From the NCBI GenBank assembly GCA_965218295.1, contig CBDCKN010000016.1, forward strand, positions 1 through 44,568: 44,568 nucleotides of DNA, read 5' to 3'. A program made the position numbers and the translations under genes. Source of the DNA: Longimicrobiales bacterium (GTDB lineage Bacteria; Gemmatimonadota; Gemmatimonadetes; Longimicrobiales; Gaopeijiaceae). Of the stretch, positions 18,066 to 27,732 are shown piece by piece (the stretch's first letter is position 1; each line of letters begins with the position of its first letter). Below the pieces are notes generated by a model that saw only the letters and a program-made list of their open reading frames with translations, did not search any database and was not told the origin of the DNA.

Positions 18066-18971
18066 ATGTCTGCACCTGCCTTTGCACGCATCTCGCTTGT
18101 GACCGCCTTTCTGTGGACCATACCTCTGGTCGCACAAAGGGATTGGGATGTCGTCGAGATTCGCACCGTTCCCCTGGGCGGCGGGGTCTACATGCTGATG
18201 GGAAGCGGCGGCAACATCGGGCTCTCCGTCGGGGAGGACGGGGCCTTCATCATAGACGATCAGTTCGCCCCGCTCACCGAAAAGATCAAAGCCGCCATCG
18301 CGGAGGTGACGGATCGGCCCGTGGAGTGGGTCCTGAACACCCATTGGCACGGCGATCACACCGGTGGGAACGAAAACTTCGGAGGCTCGCGTGCCCTCAT
18401 CGTCGCCCACGACAATGTCTACAAGCGGCTCAATCCGGCGGAGTTCGCCGATCTGGTCGGACGCAGTCAGCAGGCCCCCGATGCGGCTCTTCCGGTGGTC
18501 ACCTTCGATCGGACCATGACCTTCCACTGGAACGGAGAGGACGTCCACGCCTTTCACGTGGAGTACGCCCACACCGATGGAGACGTGATCATCCACTACC
18601 ACGGATCCGATGTCTACCACATGGGCGACACGTTCTTCAACGGCCGCTATCCCTTCATCGATGTAGAGTCGGGGAGGAACGTAGACGGGCTGATTGCTGC
18701 GGCGGACCTGATTCTCCGCATGAGCGGATCGGGCACCCGGATCATCCCGGGCCACGGCGAGCTGGCGACTCGCGACGAACTGTGGGTCTACCGCGAGATG
18801 CTCAGCACGGTGCGGGACCGGGTCGCCCAGCTGATCCGGGATGGCAAGAGCCAGAACGAAGCGGTGGCGGCCAACCCGACCGCCGACCTCGACGAGGACT
18901 GGGAGACCACCCGGGACTGGACGGAAAGATTCGTGGCTCTCGTCTACCGGAGCCTGACGCAAGGTCGGTAG
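18066..18971 (+). CDS. Secreted MBL-fold metallo-hydrolase (cyclase-like)
   Basis: GGAGG SD; signal peptide; NTHWHGDHTGGN, HTDGD, HMGD, PGHG. Confidence 0.88.
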   Translation: MSAPAFARISLVTAFLWTIPLVAQRDWDVVEIRTVPLGGGVYMLMGSGGNIGLSVGEDGAFIIDDQFAPLTEKIKAAIAEVTDRPVEWVLNTHWHGDHTGGNENFGGSRALIVAHDNVYKRLNPAEFADLVGRSQQAPDAALPVVTFDRTMTFHWNGEDVHAFHVEYAHTDGDVIIHYHGSDVYHMGDTFFNGRYPFIDVESGRNVDGLIAAADLILRMSGSGTRIIPGHGELATRDELWVYREMLSTVRDRVAQLIRDGKSQNEAVAANPTADLDEDWETTRDWTERFVALVYRSLTQGR

Positions 18972-18980
18972 GAGGGCGTC

Positions 18981-20105
18981 CTACACTTTCGGGAACGCGA
19001 AATTGGCGTACTCGAGCTCGTTGCCACGGAAGTACCGGAAGCTCCGGGCCCTGAACTCGCTCCAGGAGTCGTAGACCCTTCTGAAGTCAGCGGACGCCGC
19101 CGCCTGCTCTTCGAGGTAGGTCTGAGTCTCTCGCCAAGCCGCCTCCAGGATATCGTCCGAGAAGCTCCGCAGGGTGACGCCGTGCTCGGAAGTAAGCCGT
19201 GCCAGGGCGAGGGGATTCTCCACGTCGTAGCGGGCGAGGGTTTGGACGTTGGCGCCGTTGCAGGCGCTCGTAAGAGCTTCCTGATACGTAGGTGGGAGAT
19301 CGTTCCAGGCGTCGAGGCCCACCTGGAGGGTGGTCGTGACGCCGGGCTCCCACCAGCCCGGGATGTAGTAGTTCTTGGCGATCCGGTAGAGGCCGAGCTT
19401 CTCGTCGTCGTAGGGGCCCACCCACTCGGTGGCGTCGATGGCACCGCGCTCGAGGGCCGGGTAGATCTCGGCAGCCGCCAGGACCTGTACGCTCACGCCG
19501 AGGCGGACCATGATCTCGGCCGCCAACCCCGGAATCCGCATGCGCAGACCCCTCATGTCCGCCAGAGAGTCGATCGGCTCACGGAACCACCCACCGAACT
19601 GGAGCCCGGTGCTGCCGCACACGAAGCTGATGATTCCGAAGTCCGAGTAGATGTCCCTCATCAGATCCAGGCCACCGGCGTGATTCAGCCAGGCGATTCG
19701 CTGCCGGTAGGTCAGTCCGAACGGAATCGCGGTTCCGAAGGCGAGGGCCGGGTTCTTCCCAATGTAGTAGTAGTCGGCGGTGTGCCCGGCCTGTACGGTG
19801 CCGGACTGGACTCCGTCCATGACCTGAAGGGCAGGGACGAGCTCGCCGGGGGCGAACACCCGGATCGTGAACTGCCCTCCGGTCAGGGCCTCGACGCGAT
19901 CCGCGACGCGCAGCGCCGTGCCGTGGAGGATGTCCAGGCTGGGAGGATAGCTGGAGGCGAGTCGCCAGCTCACGCGGGGGCCGGTCACTACGTTGTCAGC
20001 AGCCCTGCTTTGAGGCTCGGTGCCCCTGCAGGAGGCGAGAACGCCGGCGCTGGCGGCACCGAGCGTGGCCTTGCGCACGAATTCCCGACGCTTCAGAGGG
20101 GTCAT
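18981..20105 (-). CDS. dctP: TRAP substrate-binding lipoprotein (TakP-like), Tat signal
   Basis: KRREFVR...LASC; QFGGWF, LRMRIPG, EWVGPYDD, PGWWEP. Confidence 0.92.
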   Translation of the reverse strand: MTPLKRREFVRKATLGAASAGVLASCRGTEPQSRAADNVVTGPRVSWRLASSYPPSLDILHGTALRVADRVEALTGGQFTIRVFAPGELVPALQVMDGVQSGTVQAGHTADYYYIGKNPALAFGTAIPFGLTYRQRIAWLNHAGGLDLMRDIYSDFGIISFVCGSTGLQFGGWFREPIDSLADMRGLRMRIPGLAAEIMVRLGVSVQVLAAAEIYPALERGAIDATEWVGPYDDEKLGLYRIAKNYYIPGWWEPGVTTTLQVGLDAWNDLPPTYQEALTSACNGANVQTLARYDVENPLALARLTSEHGVTLRSFSDDILEAAWRETQTYLEEQAAASADFRRVYDSWSEFRARSFRYFRGNELEYANFAFPKV

Positions 20106-20254
20106 GGTATGGTCACTTGCTCCTGGTGACATGGATCAGGGGGTTCGCCGTTTCCGCCCCATGATCTACCTAGGGCAGCTCACGGTGGCAAATGGCGGTG
20201 TGGCGGACACGGGTGGCGGAGCTGAACCGCCATCTCATCTCGGAGTGAGGGGCG

Positions 20255-20764
20255 TCAGTCTCCCAACGCTTGAACGTCACCCAAGAGCGTGAAGCCCAGC
20301 TCCTCGTCCGCGATCATCTCCGAGTAGTCGATGTAGATCCGGGTCGGGTACCCACGGCTGGGGTCGAACTCCACCTGGACCTCGTGAGCGTTCCGGTCGT
20401 ACGCGTCCTGTATGAGATCGAAGAGGCCGTCGATCGTCAGGTACAACTGCACCTCGTTGGGCTCCAACACCTCTCCCGTTGCGAGGTCGGTGGCGCCAGC
20501 CACGACTCCGGCCACCACGGTGACCCGGACTCCCTCCCTGAAGGGGCAAAAGCAGACCCGCCGAACGTCGTAGGTGTAGTCCGCGAGGCCCTGGGCCTCC
20601 CAGAGGGCCCGTTGCTCGCCCAAGCGATCCATCTCTGGGCCGGTCGAGTCGCTGCAGGCGAGCGAGCCAAGGAGAAGGACACCAGCCAGGACGGACCAGG
20701 CAGGGGGCGTCGCGGATCGGTTGGGGCCTGCCGTATATGGAAACAAGCGTGCCTCGGTGCTCAT
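20255..20764 (-). CDS. DUF6174-like lipoprotein
   Basis: LGSLAC lipobox; WEAQGLADYTY...CFC...TIDGLF...FDPSRGYPT...IADEE. Confidence 0.75.
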   Translation of the reverse strand: MSTEARLFPYTAGPNRSATPPAWSVLAGVLLLGSLACSDSTGPEMDRLGEQRALWEAQGLADYTYDVRRVCFCPFREGVRVTVVAGVVAGATDLATGEVLEPNEVQLYLTIDGLFDLIQDAYDRNAHEVQVEFDPSRGYPTRIYIDYSEMIADEELGFTLLGDVQALGD

Positions 20765-20820
20765 CGTAGAAGCGGGTCTACCCATTGAATAACGTTTGAC
20801 CGGGAATACGTGTGACAAGG

Positions 20821-21357
20821 TCAGGCCAACGGCAGCCACGCCTCCACCCCGCTCTTCGTGTCCTGGAAGACCGTCTCCGGAGGGTGGCTAAGGACTCTCG
20901 TTACGATCCACACATCGCCTACGGCGCCAATGGTGTTCACCGCGAAGCAGAGATCCCAGAAGATCTCCCCGGGGACGAGCACGAAGGCCGTGACGAATGC
21001 GGCGTCCAGGATCACCAAGGGTGCCAGCGCGATGGCTACGAGGTGATTCCGAGCGATCTTCTCCTTGAACGTGGTGAAGACGAGAGGGGGCTGTATCCCG
21101 AATATGGGTCGGTAACCAAACAGCATCCCAGCAGCTCCGTGCAGGCCTTCGTGGAGGACCAGGACCAGCGCCAGGGCCGCGCACAGAAGCCCCAGTGTGG
21201 CGAGCCACGAGGGGAAGAGCAGGCCCAGCATCGCGTTCCCGATCCCTATGACGATCCCGACGCCGACTCCTACCAGGGTGGCCGCCTCACGGGGGAAAAC
21301 GTGATCGGCGACCTTCTCTAGGCTCGGCTGCCCCTGGGACAACGACGTATTCTCCAT
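20821..21357 (-). CDS. DUF3267-like membrane zincin peptidase
   Basis: VLHEGLHG, IALAPL, NTIGAVGD; GGAGAG SD. Confidence 0.8.
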   Translation of the reverse strand: MENTSLSQGQPSLEKVADHVFPREAATLVGVGVGIVIGIGNAMLGLLFPSWLATLGLLCAALALVLVLHEGLHGAAGMLFGYRPIFGIQPPLVFTTFKEKIARNHLVAIALAPLVILDAAFVTAFVLVPGEIFWDLCFAVNTIGAVGDVWIVTRVLSHPPETVFQDTKSGVEAWLPLA

Positions 21358-21451
21358 GAGAGCTCTCCGGTCAGCAGGTTTGGGAGTCCGGGGTCGGCTA
21401 TGGTCGGGCTAGTCTTCCGCGGACTTGTGGTCAATCTCGTCGAACATCTTA

Positions 21452-21485
21452 TAGAGAAATGGATCGCTTAGAGAAATGGATCGCT
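21452..21485. repeat. 17-bp tandem duplication
   Basis: tagagaaatggatcgct repeated twice. Confidence 0.9.
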
Positions 21486-21823
21486 GCGTCGGGTCGGCTC
21501 CAAAGGTCCAGTTCCCAACCCCCTTCTCGCGAGCTGGTGCACACTGGCGAGGAGCCTCGTCTCCAACTCCTCGGCGAGTGGGGCGACCGCTCCGCGGCGT
21601 AATGGCGGCTACGGGTCGAGCAAGACGCCACCGACGAGGTTGCACAAGCGCAACTCCATGCGGGCAAGCGACTTGAGGATAAATTTGTAGCCGCCCTCGC
21701 AGAATTGCCCCGATCGAGCTTGCGACTAGCGTGATGGGTCCGTAGCATGCGAGGCGTGACACGGAGGGAGCAAAGCTATGAGAACGCCACCACTCCGACG
21801 TCCCATCGCCGCGCCCTCTGTTC

Positions 21824-21892
21824 ATGGCGCACGCCCCGATCTGCCGCAAGTGCGTGTGCACGCTGTACCTCGTGCCCCCTCGCGCCGTATGA
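21824..21892 (+). pseudogene. 3' remnant of a radical-SAM SPASM/twitch-domain gene
   Basis: PICRKCVCTLYL...* (CxxCxC terminus) just upstream of the GNAT gene. Confidence 0.4.
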
Positions 21893-21952
21893 ACGGACCT
21901 GACCACCTGCCGCTCGCCCGATCGGGGTATCTGATGCGCGCCGGCGCCGGGA

Positions 21953-23061
21953 GTGAGCGCTAAGGTGGCGCGAACACCCCAGGGCGCGCGGTCGGCGGCA
22001 GCCCATTGGGAGATCCGCCCCTACCAGGACGGCGACGAGCGGCAGATCGTCGAGCTGTTCGATCGTGTCTTCGGCCGCCGCATCAGCGAGGCGCACTGGC
22101 GTTGGAAGCTCCGGAGCCTCCCGTCGCCGGCTGAAAACGTCCGGCTCGCCGTGCGCGACGGCGAGCCGGTCTTTCACTATGGCGGGATTCCCTGCCGCTT
22201 TCGCTTACCGGGCGGCGAGGCTACGGCGATGGTCTCGGTCGACGCGATGACGCACCCGGACCTGAGGCGGCGGGGCATCTTGACCGGAACTGTCCGGCAC
22301 GCCCACGAACACTGGGGTGCGGCAGGGGTCCCGTTCACGCTCGGACTACCGAACGAGCAATGGGGGTCGCGTACCTCGGCCCTGGGGTGGGAGCCACTGT
22401 TCGAGATCGAATGGCTGGTGCGGCCGCTACGGCCGTGGGCACTGACGGCACCGAAAGGGGCTCACGACTTGTCGCTCGGAGCGCCGCTCGACGCCGGGTG
22501 GAATGCGCTGTGGAACCGGAAGATCGGTACGGACGCGACCATAGAGGTCGAGCCGGTGGAGAGCATCGCCGGTACCGCGGCCGAGGCTGCGCTCGATGGC
22601 CTCTGGCGGGCGCGGCGTGACGATCTCGAGATTTCCGTCGTGCGCGACGCGGGGTGGGTGGCCTGGCGCTACCTCGCCGGACCGTCGATTCAATACCGCG
22701 TTTTGCTGGCGACACGGGGGGGGGGGAAGGAGTCGGCTACTTGGCGTACCGGACCAAGACCGCGCAAGGCCGCGAACTTGGCTTCGTTGCCGATCTGTTC
22801 ACGGCGGTTGACGATGAGGCGGCCCGGATGATGCTGATCGGCCGAGCGATCGAGGAAATGCGCGCCACGGGAACCCATGCCGCGCTCGTCCTGGCGACTC
22901 GCGCTACGCCGCTTCAACGTACGCTCCACCGGGCCGGCTTCGTGTTCTCCAAGGGATCGTTCACCGTGCACATGGTCCCGTTCAGCTTGGCGCTCCCACT
23001 CCAGCTGGCCCGGGAACCGCGCCACTGGTGTCTGGCAGGAGGCGATTTTGACGTTCTTTAA
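21953..23061 (+). CDS. GNAT-family N-acetyltransferase (frameshift in the poly-G tract near 22716-22726)
   Basis: IRPYQDGDE, HWRWK, DAMTHPDLRRRG, GLPN, WVAWRY; continues in the 22654 frame to GGDFDVL. Confidence 0.8.
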
Positions 23062-24013
23062 GCCGCGGTGGGTCAAGGATCTTGCCACGCGCAGCATCTT
23101 CCCGCTGATCGAGGGATTCTGGGCCGCTGGCTTTGCACTACTCGGCCGCATTCACCCGGCGGCCCGAATGGCGCGCGCCTGGGAGGGGGCGGGCGGCGAA
23201 CGGGTGGTGATCGTCGCGCCTCACCCAGACGACGAGACGATCGCCGCCGGCGGGGTCGCCATTCTGCACCGCCAGGCCGGCGACCGTATCGTCATGGTGG
23301 TGGTCACGGACGGCCGCGCGTCGCGCGCCGGAGGCCTCGACGCTGAGACGATGGCGCGCCGGCGGGCCGGCGAGATCGAGGCGGCCGGGGAGGTGCTCGG
23401 CATTTCCGAGCTCGTGCAACTTGGGCTCCCGGAGGGGGCGTGGGCGGCGCCGGAGCTCGCGCGACACCTGGCACCGTTGCTCACCGGAACCGATATTGTT
23501 TACGCTCCGGGCTGTGTCGACTTCCATCCGGAGCATATCGCGGTGGCGCGCGTCGTGGCGGAGATCGTCGACGCCGGGCAAACGGTTCGGGCGTATCAGG
23601 TAGGTGTGCCGCTGACCACGAGGCTCGCCAACCTGGTCGCCGACATCGGCGAGGTGGAGTCGGCCAAGCGGCAAGCGCTCGAGTGCTTCGAGACCCAGGC
23701 CGACACACTGGCGACGGCGGGGCGTATCGGGCGCTACCTGGCTCGCCAATACCGGCTGCCCGCGGTCGAGCTATTCTGGGAGATGCCGGGGGACACCTAC
23801 GCTCGGGTCATCGACGGCGCCGGCTCGCAGGGGAGGAGTCCGTTTCGGGGCATCCGTCGGGTGCCGATCGGCGATCCGCTGGCATGGATCATCGGCGGTC
23901 GGGCTCGGGCGCGGCTTCGCAGGCGGGCCGCAACCGATCCCACCACCGACGCCCCGCCCACGCCCCAGTCCATTCTCCCCGCCTCCCGCACGAGCATGAG
24001 ACATCGCCAATGA
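23048..24013 (+). CDS. PIG-L/LmbE family deacetylase
   Basis: APHPDDE, VTDG, RRAGE, HPEH; TTG start overlaps the GNAT end. Confidence 0.85.
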   Translation: MTFFKPRWVKDLATRSIFPLIEGFWAAGFALLGRIHPAARMARAWEGAGGERVVIVAPHPDDETIAAGGVAILHRQAGDRIVMVVVTDGRASRAGGLDAETMARRRAGEIEAAGEVLGISELVQLGLPEGAWAAPELARHLAPLLTGTDIVYAPGCVDFHPEHIAVARVVAEIVDAGQTVRAYQVGVPLTTRLANLVADIGEVESAKRQALECFETQADTLATAGRIGRYLARQYRLPAVELFWEMPGDTYARVIDGAGSQGRSPFRGIRRVPIGDPLAWIIGGRARARLRRRAATDPTTDAPPTPQSILPASRTSMRHRQ

Positions 24014-24203
24014 TGCCTATCCTGCTATTCAAGAGCATGAGTGGGGTGCGGAGCCGCCCGGCGCGAGAGAGGATCATTAATAACCCTCGAGCGATCGTTC
24101 AGGCCGGACCGGCCGCCACCGGGACAAACACAGCTCACGCGGCTGGACAGCTGGCCCACGCGGGACGGATCTTGGCCGGGACCCAAACGGAACACCGTAC
24201 ACG

Positions 24204-24677
24204 ATGCTCGCGACCTTCCTGAAGTGGATGCACAAGCCGATCTACGCGTCGCGGATTGAAGCGCTCGTCCAACTGATCATTCCCCAGCTGGCAGAATCCG
24301 ATCGTGTTCTGGACGTGGGATGTGGAGCTGGTGCCCTGGGTCGCCGCATCTTGGACTCTCCATCTTGTCCGCTCGGTATCGAGATCACCGGGCTGGAGGT
24401 CCTCCGCCGCGCTGACCGGCTCATTCCGATAGAAACGTATGATGGCCGTCAGATATCATTCCCTGACCAGGCCTTCGACGTTGTCATCCTCGCGGACGTG
24501 CTGCACCACGCAGCAGATGCGCACCTACTCCTGTCGGAGTGCGCCCGCGTGACCCGCCGGACACTCCTCGTGAAGGATCACAAGGTCGAAGGCTTTCTAG
24601 CCGAGAAGCGTTTGACCCTGATCGATTGGGCCGCCAACAAGCCGTACGGGTCATGTCTTCCAAAGAATATTTTTTGA
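24204..24677 (+). pseudogene. Class I SAM-dependent methyltransferase, probably 3'-truncated
   Basis: VLDVGCGAG, FDVVILADVLHH; runs into a low-GC segment at about 24650. Confidence 0.7.
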
Positions 24678-24838
24678 TTCGGTCGTTTCGGCTGCTTGAT
24701 ACTCGTCTTCAAATGTGTGCGCCATCGACCAAGAGCCCCGGACATTTCTGCGTGATAAGCGTACATCTCGATAATATCCTCATGTAGATCGAAGAGAGCT
24801 TGCATGGTGACAAAAATTCCTGCTTGAATCGACCTGGG

Positions 24839-25020
24839 TGTACAATGATGGTATTTGCTTGACAGCGGTGCCCTCGCCGCGTTGCTGTACTATGCTGCTT
24901 TGTCCTCCTGTTTGGGCGGTCTTGTTTTCGCTGCCTTTTTCGCCTCCTTGAGCCCTGCCTTGAACGCTTGGTAGGGCATCCTGCCGTCCATTCCGCAGCT
25001 GCGGTGCGGACCTCGCCATC
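24839..25020 (-). mobile_element. IS481-family 3' remnant (transposase C-terminus plus right end)
   Basis: PHRSCGMDGRMPYQAF...KAA* followed by TGTCAAGCAAATACCATCATTGTACA (IS481-type TGT/ACA end). Confidence 0.65.
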
Positions 25021-25216
25021 CCCCAATGTAACGCTCTACAGGCGTAAGAATGGCGAGGACTGTGGTGGGTTGCGGCGTTTGCTTGCGAGCCTGTTCCAAC
25101 GAGGGCACATCAGCCTCTACGGACCAGGCCCCGTTTCTATAGGTTTCGGATTAGCCGTTGAAGGCGGTGTCTCGCGCTTTGCTCGGCGCTCTCGCCTGCG
25201 TGGTGTTTGCCTCCCG

Positions 25217-25370
25217 GCAGCCGAAGAGACGGATCATCCGCGCGAGGTCATCGAGGCGGCCTTGGCGCACGTCGTCCAGAACCGAGTCGAGGCAGCCTAT
25301 CGGCGTACGGACCTGTTCGAGCGGCGGCGCCGGCTCATGAACGACTGGGCCGCCTACCTCTGCGGGGAAC
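25217..25370 (+). pseudogene. Tyrosine recombinase (P4-like integrase) C-terminal remnant
   Basis: AAEETDHPREVIEAALAH...VEAAYRRTDLFERRRRLMNDWAAYL. Confidence 0.85.
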
Positions 25371-25372
25371 TG

Positions 25373-25868
25373 GACCTTCGCCTAGCAGTCCCCGCATCGC
25401 CAGCTCGAAGTCTCCCTCTGCCAGTCCGTGCAGATACAGCTCCGGAAGCAGAGCGCCCAGCTCCTTCGTCCGCCTCGCGAACAACGGCAGCACCCGACTC
25501 TCGAACCGCTCCTCGACGCCCCGAACCCGAGGGCGTCGGAGTGTGATCGTGCCCGAGCTCATCGACAGCCGCCCAGGCTTACCGTGCCCGTTGCGGTAGC
25601 CCGGGCTCGCGTCCACCGCCTCTCTTCGCTTCGACTTCTCCCGGCCCAACAAGCTCCGTGACTTCCTCCTACAGGATCTCCTGGATGAAGTCCTGAGCCC
25701 TTTGCCGCACCAGCCTCTCCAGCCCTTTCCACACCGGTGTCCTGGACTCCCCCTCCGGTCCCACCCTATCATTGCGCATGAGGCGACGTTCCTTTCCCCC
25801 GGGCGCCAACCCGGGTCTCGCTGTTAATCGTCAGCGGAAAGGTACGTCGCCTCTCTTTTTGCACACCC
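25373..25868 (-). mobile_element. IS256-family 5' remnant, disrupted
   Basis: GYRNGHGKP...RRPRVR...FESRVLP...LYLHGLAEGDF; ATG 25779 with an internal stop and frameshift; likely end GGGTGTGCAAAAAG. Confidence 0.8.
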
Positions 25869-26167
25869 TTTGATCCTAGCTCCATGCCCGCTTCGCAGGA
25901 TGCCAGAAAAAGTTTGACATGGGTGGGAGCGGCACCCGCGCCCATTCCAGGCCGAGCGCCGACGCCATGAGCGCGCCTCGCGTTCGGAGGGACGCCGCCT
26001 CCCGGTCTGATTCGCAGTCCTTCCCTGCCGCGCCCGGCTGGGCCCGGGCACCCCCGAGCCTTCCCCCCCCCCCCGCCAGAGCGGCTGCGGGCACGCCTCG
26101 CCCGCTCCTGGGTACTATGACCGGTCGTAGGGTGTGGCCATGTATTCGCTAGTGAAGGAGGCATGAT

Positions 26168-27112
26168 ATGAATCGACTCAGATCCGTGGCCTCTTGTTCG
26201 ATGGTCTTCATTCTGGTTCCCTGTGCATCGGCTGCCCAGCAGCTGTATGTGAGCACCGAGTCGGGACTTGGTATCGGAAATTCTCTAGGTACCGAAGCCA
26301 GGGATACTGATTTTCCGACCCTCTGCGACGGGCATTTGGATCCCCACAATCTTTTTTCTCCGGCGGGAATTACTGAACCTGGAGGATGCTCGTCTGCGGC
26401 GTCGACCTGGGATAACAGCTTTGGGAGCGCAACCGGGATCATCGCCGGCTTCGCTTTGGGTGTAAGCACCGATATCGGGGTGAGGATTGAAGCGGAATAT
26501 TTTCGTTCCGGTATCCAATACAATGCTACCTCCACACTCGGTGGTGGTGGAGCGGACGTTCAGGACAAATCGGACCAGGAACTGTTCCGCTTGGAGGAAC
26601 GCATAGGAAGCGTCAACATAAACAACTTGACCGTTAACCTATATTATGATCTTCCGGCCTCCGGGCAGCTCGGTCCATATATCGGAGGCGGCCTAGGTTT
26701 CGGAATGGCCGGACTGGACTATGCCGGCGTTTTTGCCCGTAATCTAAACCCTGATGTCATTAAGACGGCGGATGAAGCAACCTACAACGGGAGCGGAAAC
26801 GAAGCCGTCGACCGCCAGGCTCTGCACGAGAGGATCGCCGGTACGACTACGACGGCGAGTCACACGCTTCAGGATACGATATTGGGTTACCAAGCGGTTG
26901 TGGGGGTGGACTATATGGTGTCCGATAACGCTTCCATCGGAGTCAAGGGACGCTGGGTCAAGTACGCCGACTTTAGTGACAGTAATGAATGGGATCAGCT
27001 GCGCAGTCATAGCTCAGACAATGGTCAGGGAACGAACGTCGTCGTGTATACGATTGAAACAGAAGACTTGAGCGCGTTTGGAGTCACTTTGGTCATGAAA
27101 TACGCGTTTTGA
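26168..27112 (+). CDS. Outer-membrane beta-barrel protein (opacity/Msp4-like)
   Basis: AAGGAGG SD; signal peptide; RIEAEY, NLYYDL, PYIGGGLG, GYQAVVGVDY; C-terminal YAF; lower GC. Confidence 0.85.
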   Translation: MNRLRSVASCSMVFILVPCASAAQQLYVSTESGLGIGNSLGTEARDTDFPTLCDGHLDPHNLFSPAGITEPGGCSSAASTWDNSFGSATGIIAGFALGVSTDIGVRIEAEYFRSGIQYNATSTLGGGGADVQDKSDQELFRLEERIGSVNINNLTVNLYYDLPASGQLGPYIGGGLGFGMAGLDYAGVFARNLNPDVIKTADEATYNGSGNEAVDRQALHERIAGTTTTASHTLQDTILGYQAVVGVDYMVSDNASIGVKGRWVKYADFSDSNEWDQLRSHSSDNGQGTNVVVYTIETEDLSAFGVTLVMKYAF

Positions 27113-27122
27113 TTCCGCCGTC

Positions 27123-27174
27123 TGTACAGGAATGGTAATGACCTGACACTCGGCCCTCGCCGGAGCTATGTCTA
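27123..27174 (-). mobile_element. Second IS481-type right end, cut by IS1595
   Basis: tgtacaggaatggtaatgacctgacactcggccctcgccg resembles tgtacaatgatggtatttgcttgacagcggtgccctcgccg at 24839. Confidence 0.6.
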
Positions 27175-27224
27175 GGTAATTATATACCCCTTGCACGACA
27201 ACTGCGGGTCAGTTAGCGTGGGGT

Positions 27225-27721
27225 ATGAATCTGAGAGGTTGGCTTGGCAGGCCATACACTGCGGTGTGTGGTCTCGCAATGTTCACGGGTTTGTTGGTCG
27301 ATTTTCAGGGTGCGGCCTCCTAAGATGTCCAAGGTCGTGCCTGTTCTTGCGGCGTTCCTCCCTATAATAGCTATAGGTGGAACGACGTTCTTTGGGCTTT
27401 GGTCAATAACGTCTATTTGGACGTTCCTTTAGGTCACGGCGCCCTGCTGCGAGGTTTGGAACATACTATCACACTGTGGTTCAATGCCGTGATGCCGCCA
27501 GGTTCGCGATGGAATGTTCCACGCACAGTGCAGAACTGTATGCTGACTTGCGGCAACTTTCCGAAATATTGGGAAGGTTGGGCATAGAGTGTCCATCCGT
27601 ATTCCCAGATGACCAGAAATATTCAAGCATATGGTTCGCCTTTCTGACTGAATTGAGCTCACTGGCTTTCCATGGAGATTTGACCAAAGCGCGCAGGCTA
27701 AAAAAGTTGATGTCCCTGTGA
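27225..27721 (+). pseudogene. IS1595 passenger gene, membrane protein split across frames
   Basis: Fragments MNLRGWLG...GAAS*, MSKVVPVLAAFLPIIAIGG...WTFL* and ...VVQCRD...LGIECP...WFAFL...GDLTKARRL; low GC. Confidence 0.45.
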
Positions 27722-27732
27722 ACAGACAGATG

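Noticed and set aside
22716..22726. Poly-G tract in the GNAT gene as phase variation
   Set aside because: It cannot be distinguished from the homopolymer errors seen in core genes such as pyk
24578..24838. ORF 24578..24805 as a functional gene
   Set aside because: It is a low-GC fragment cut by the IS481 end and overlapping the methyltransferase, with no recognisable motif
25896..25919. CAGGATGCCAGAAAAAGTTTGACA as another IS end
   Set aside because: It looks IR-like but has no partner IR or transposase in the window
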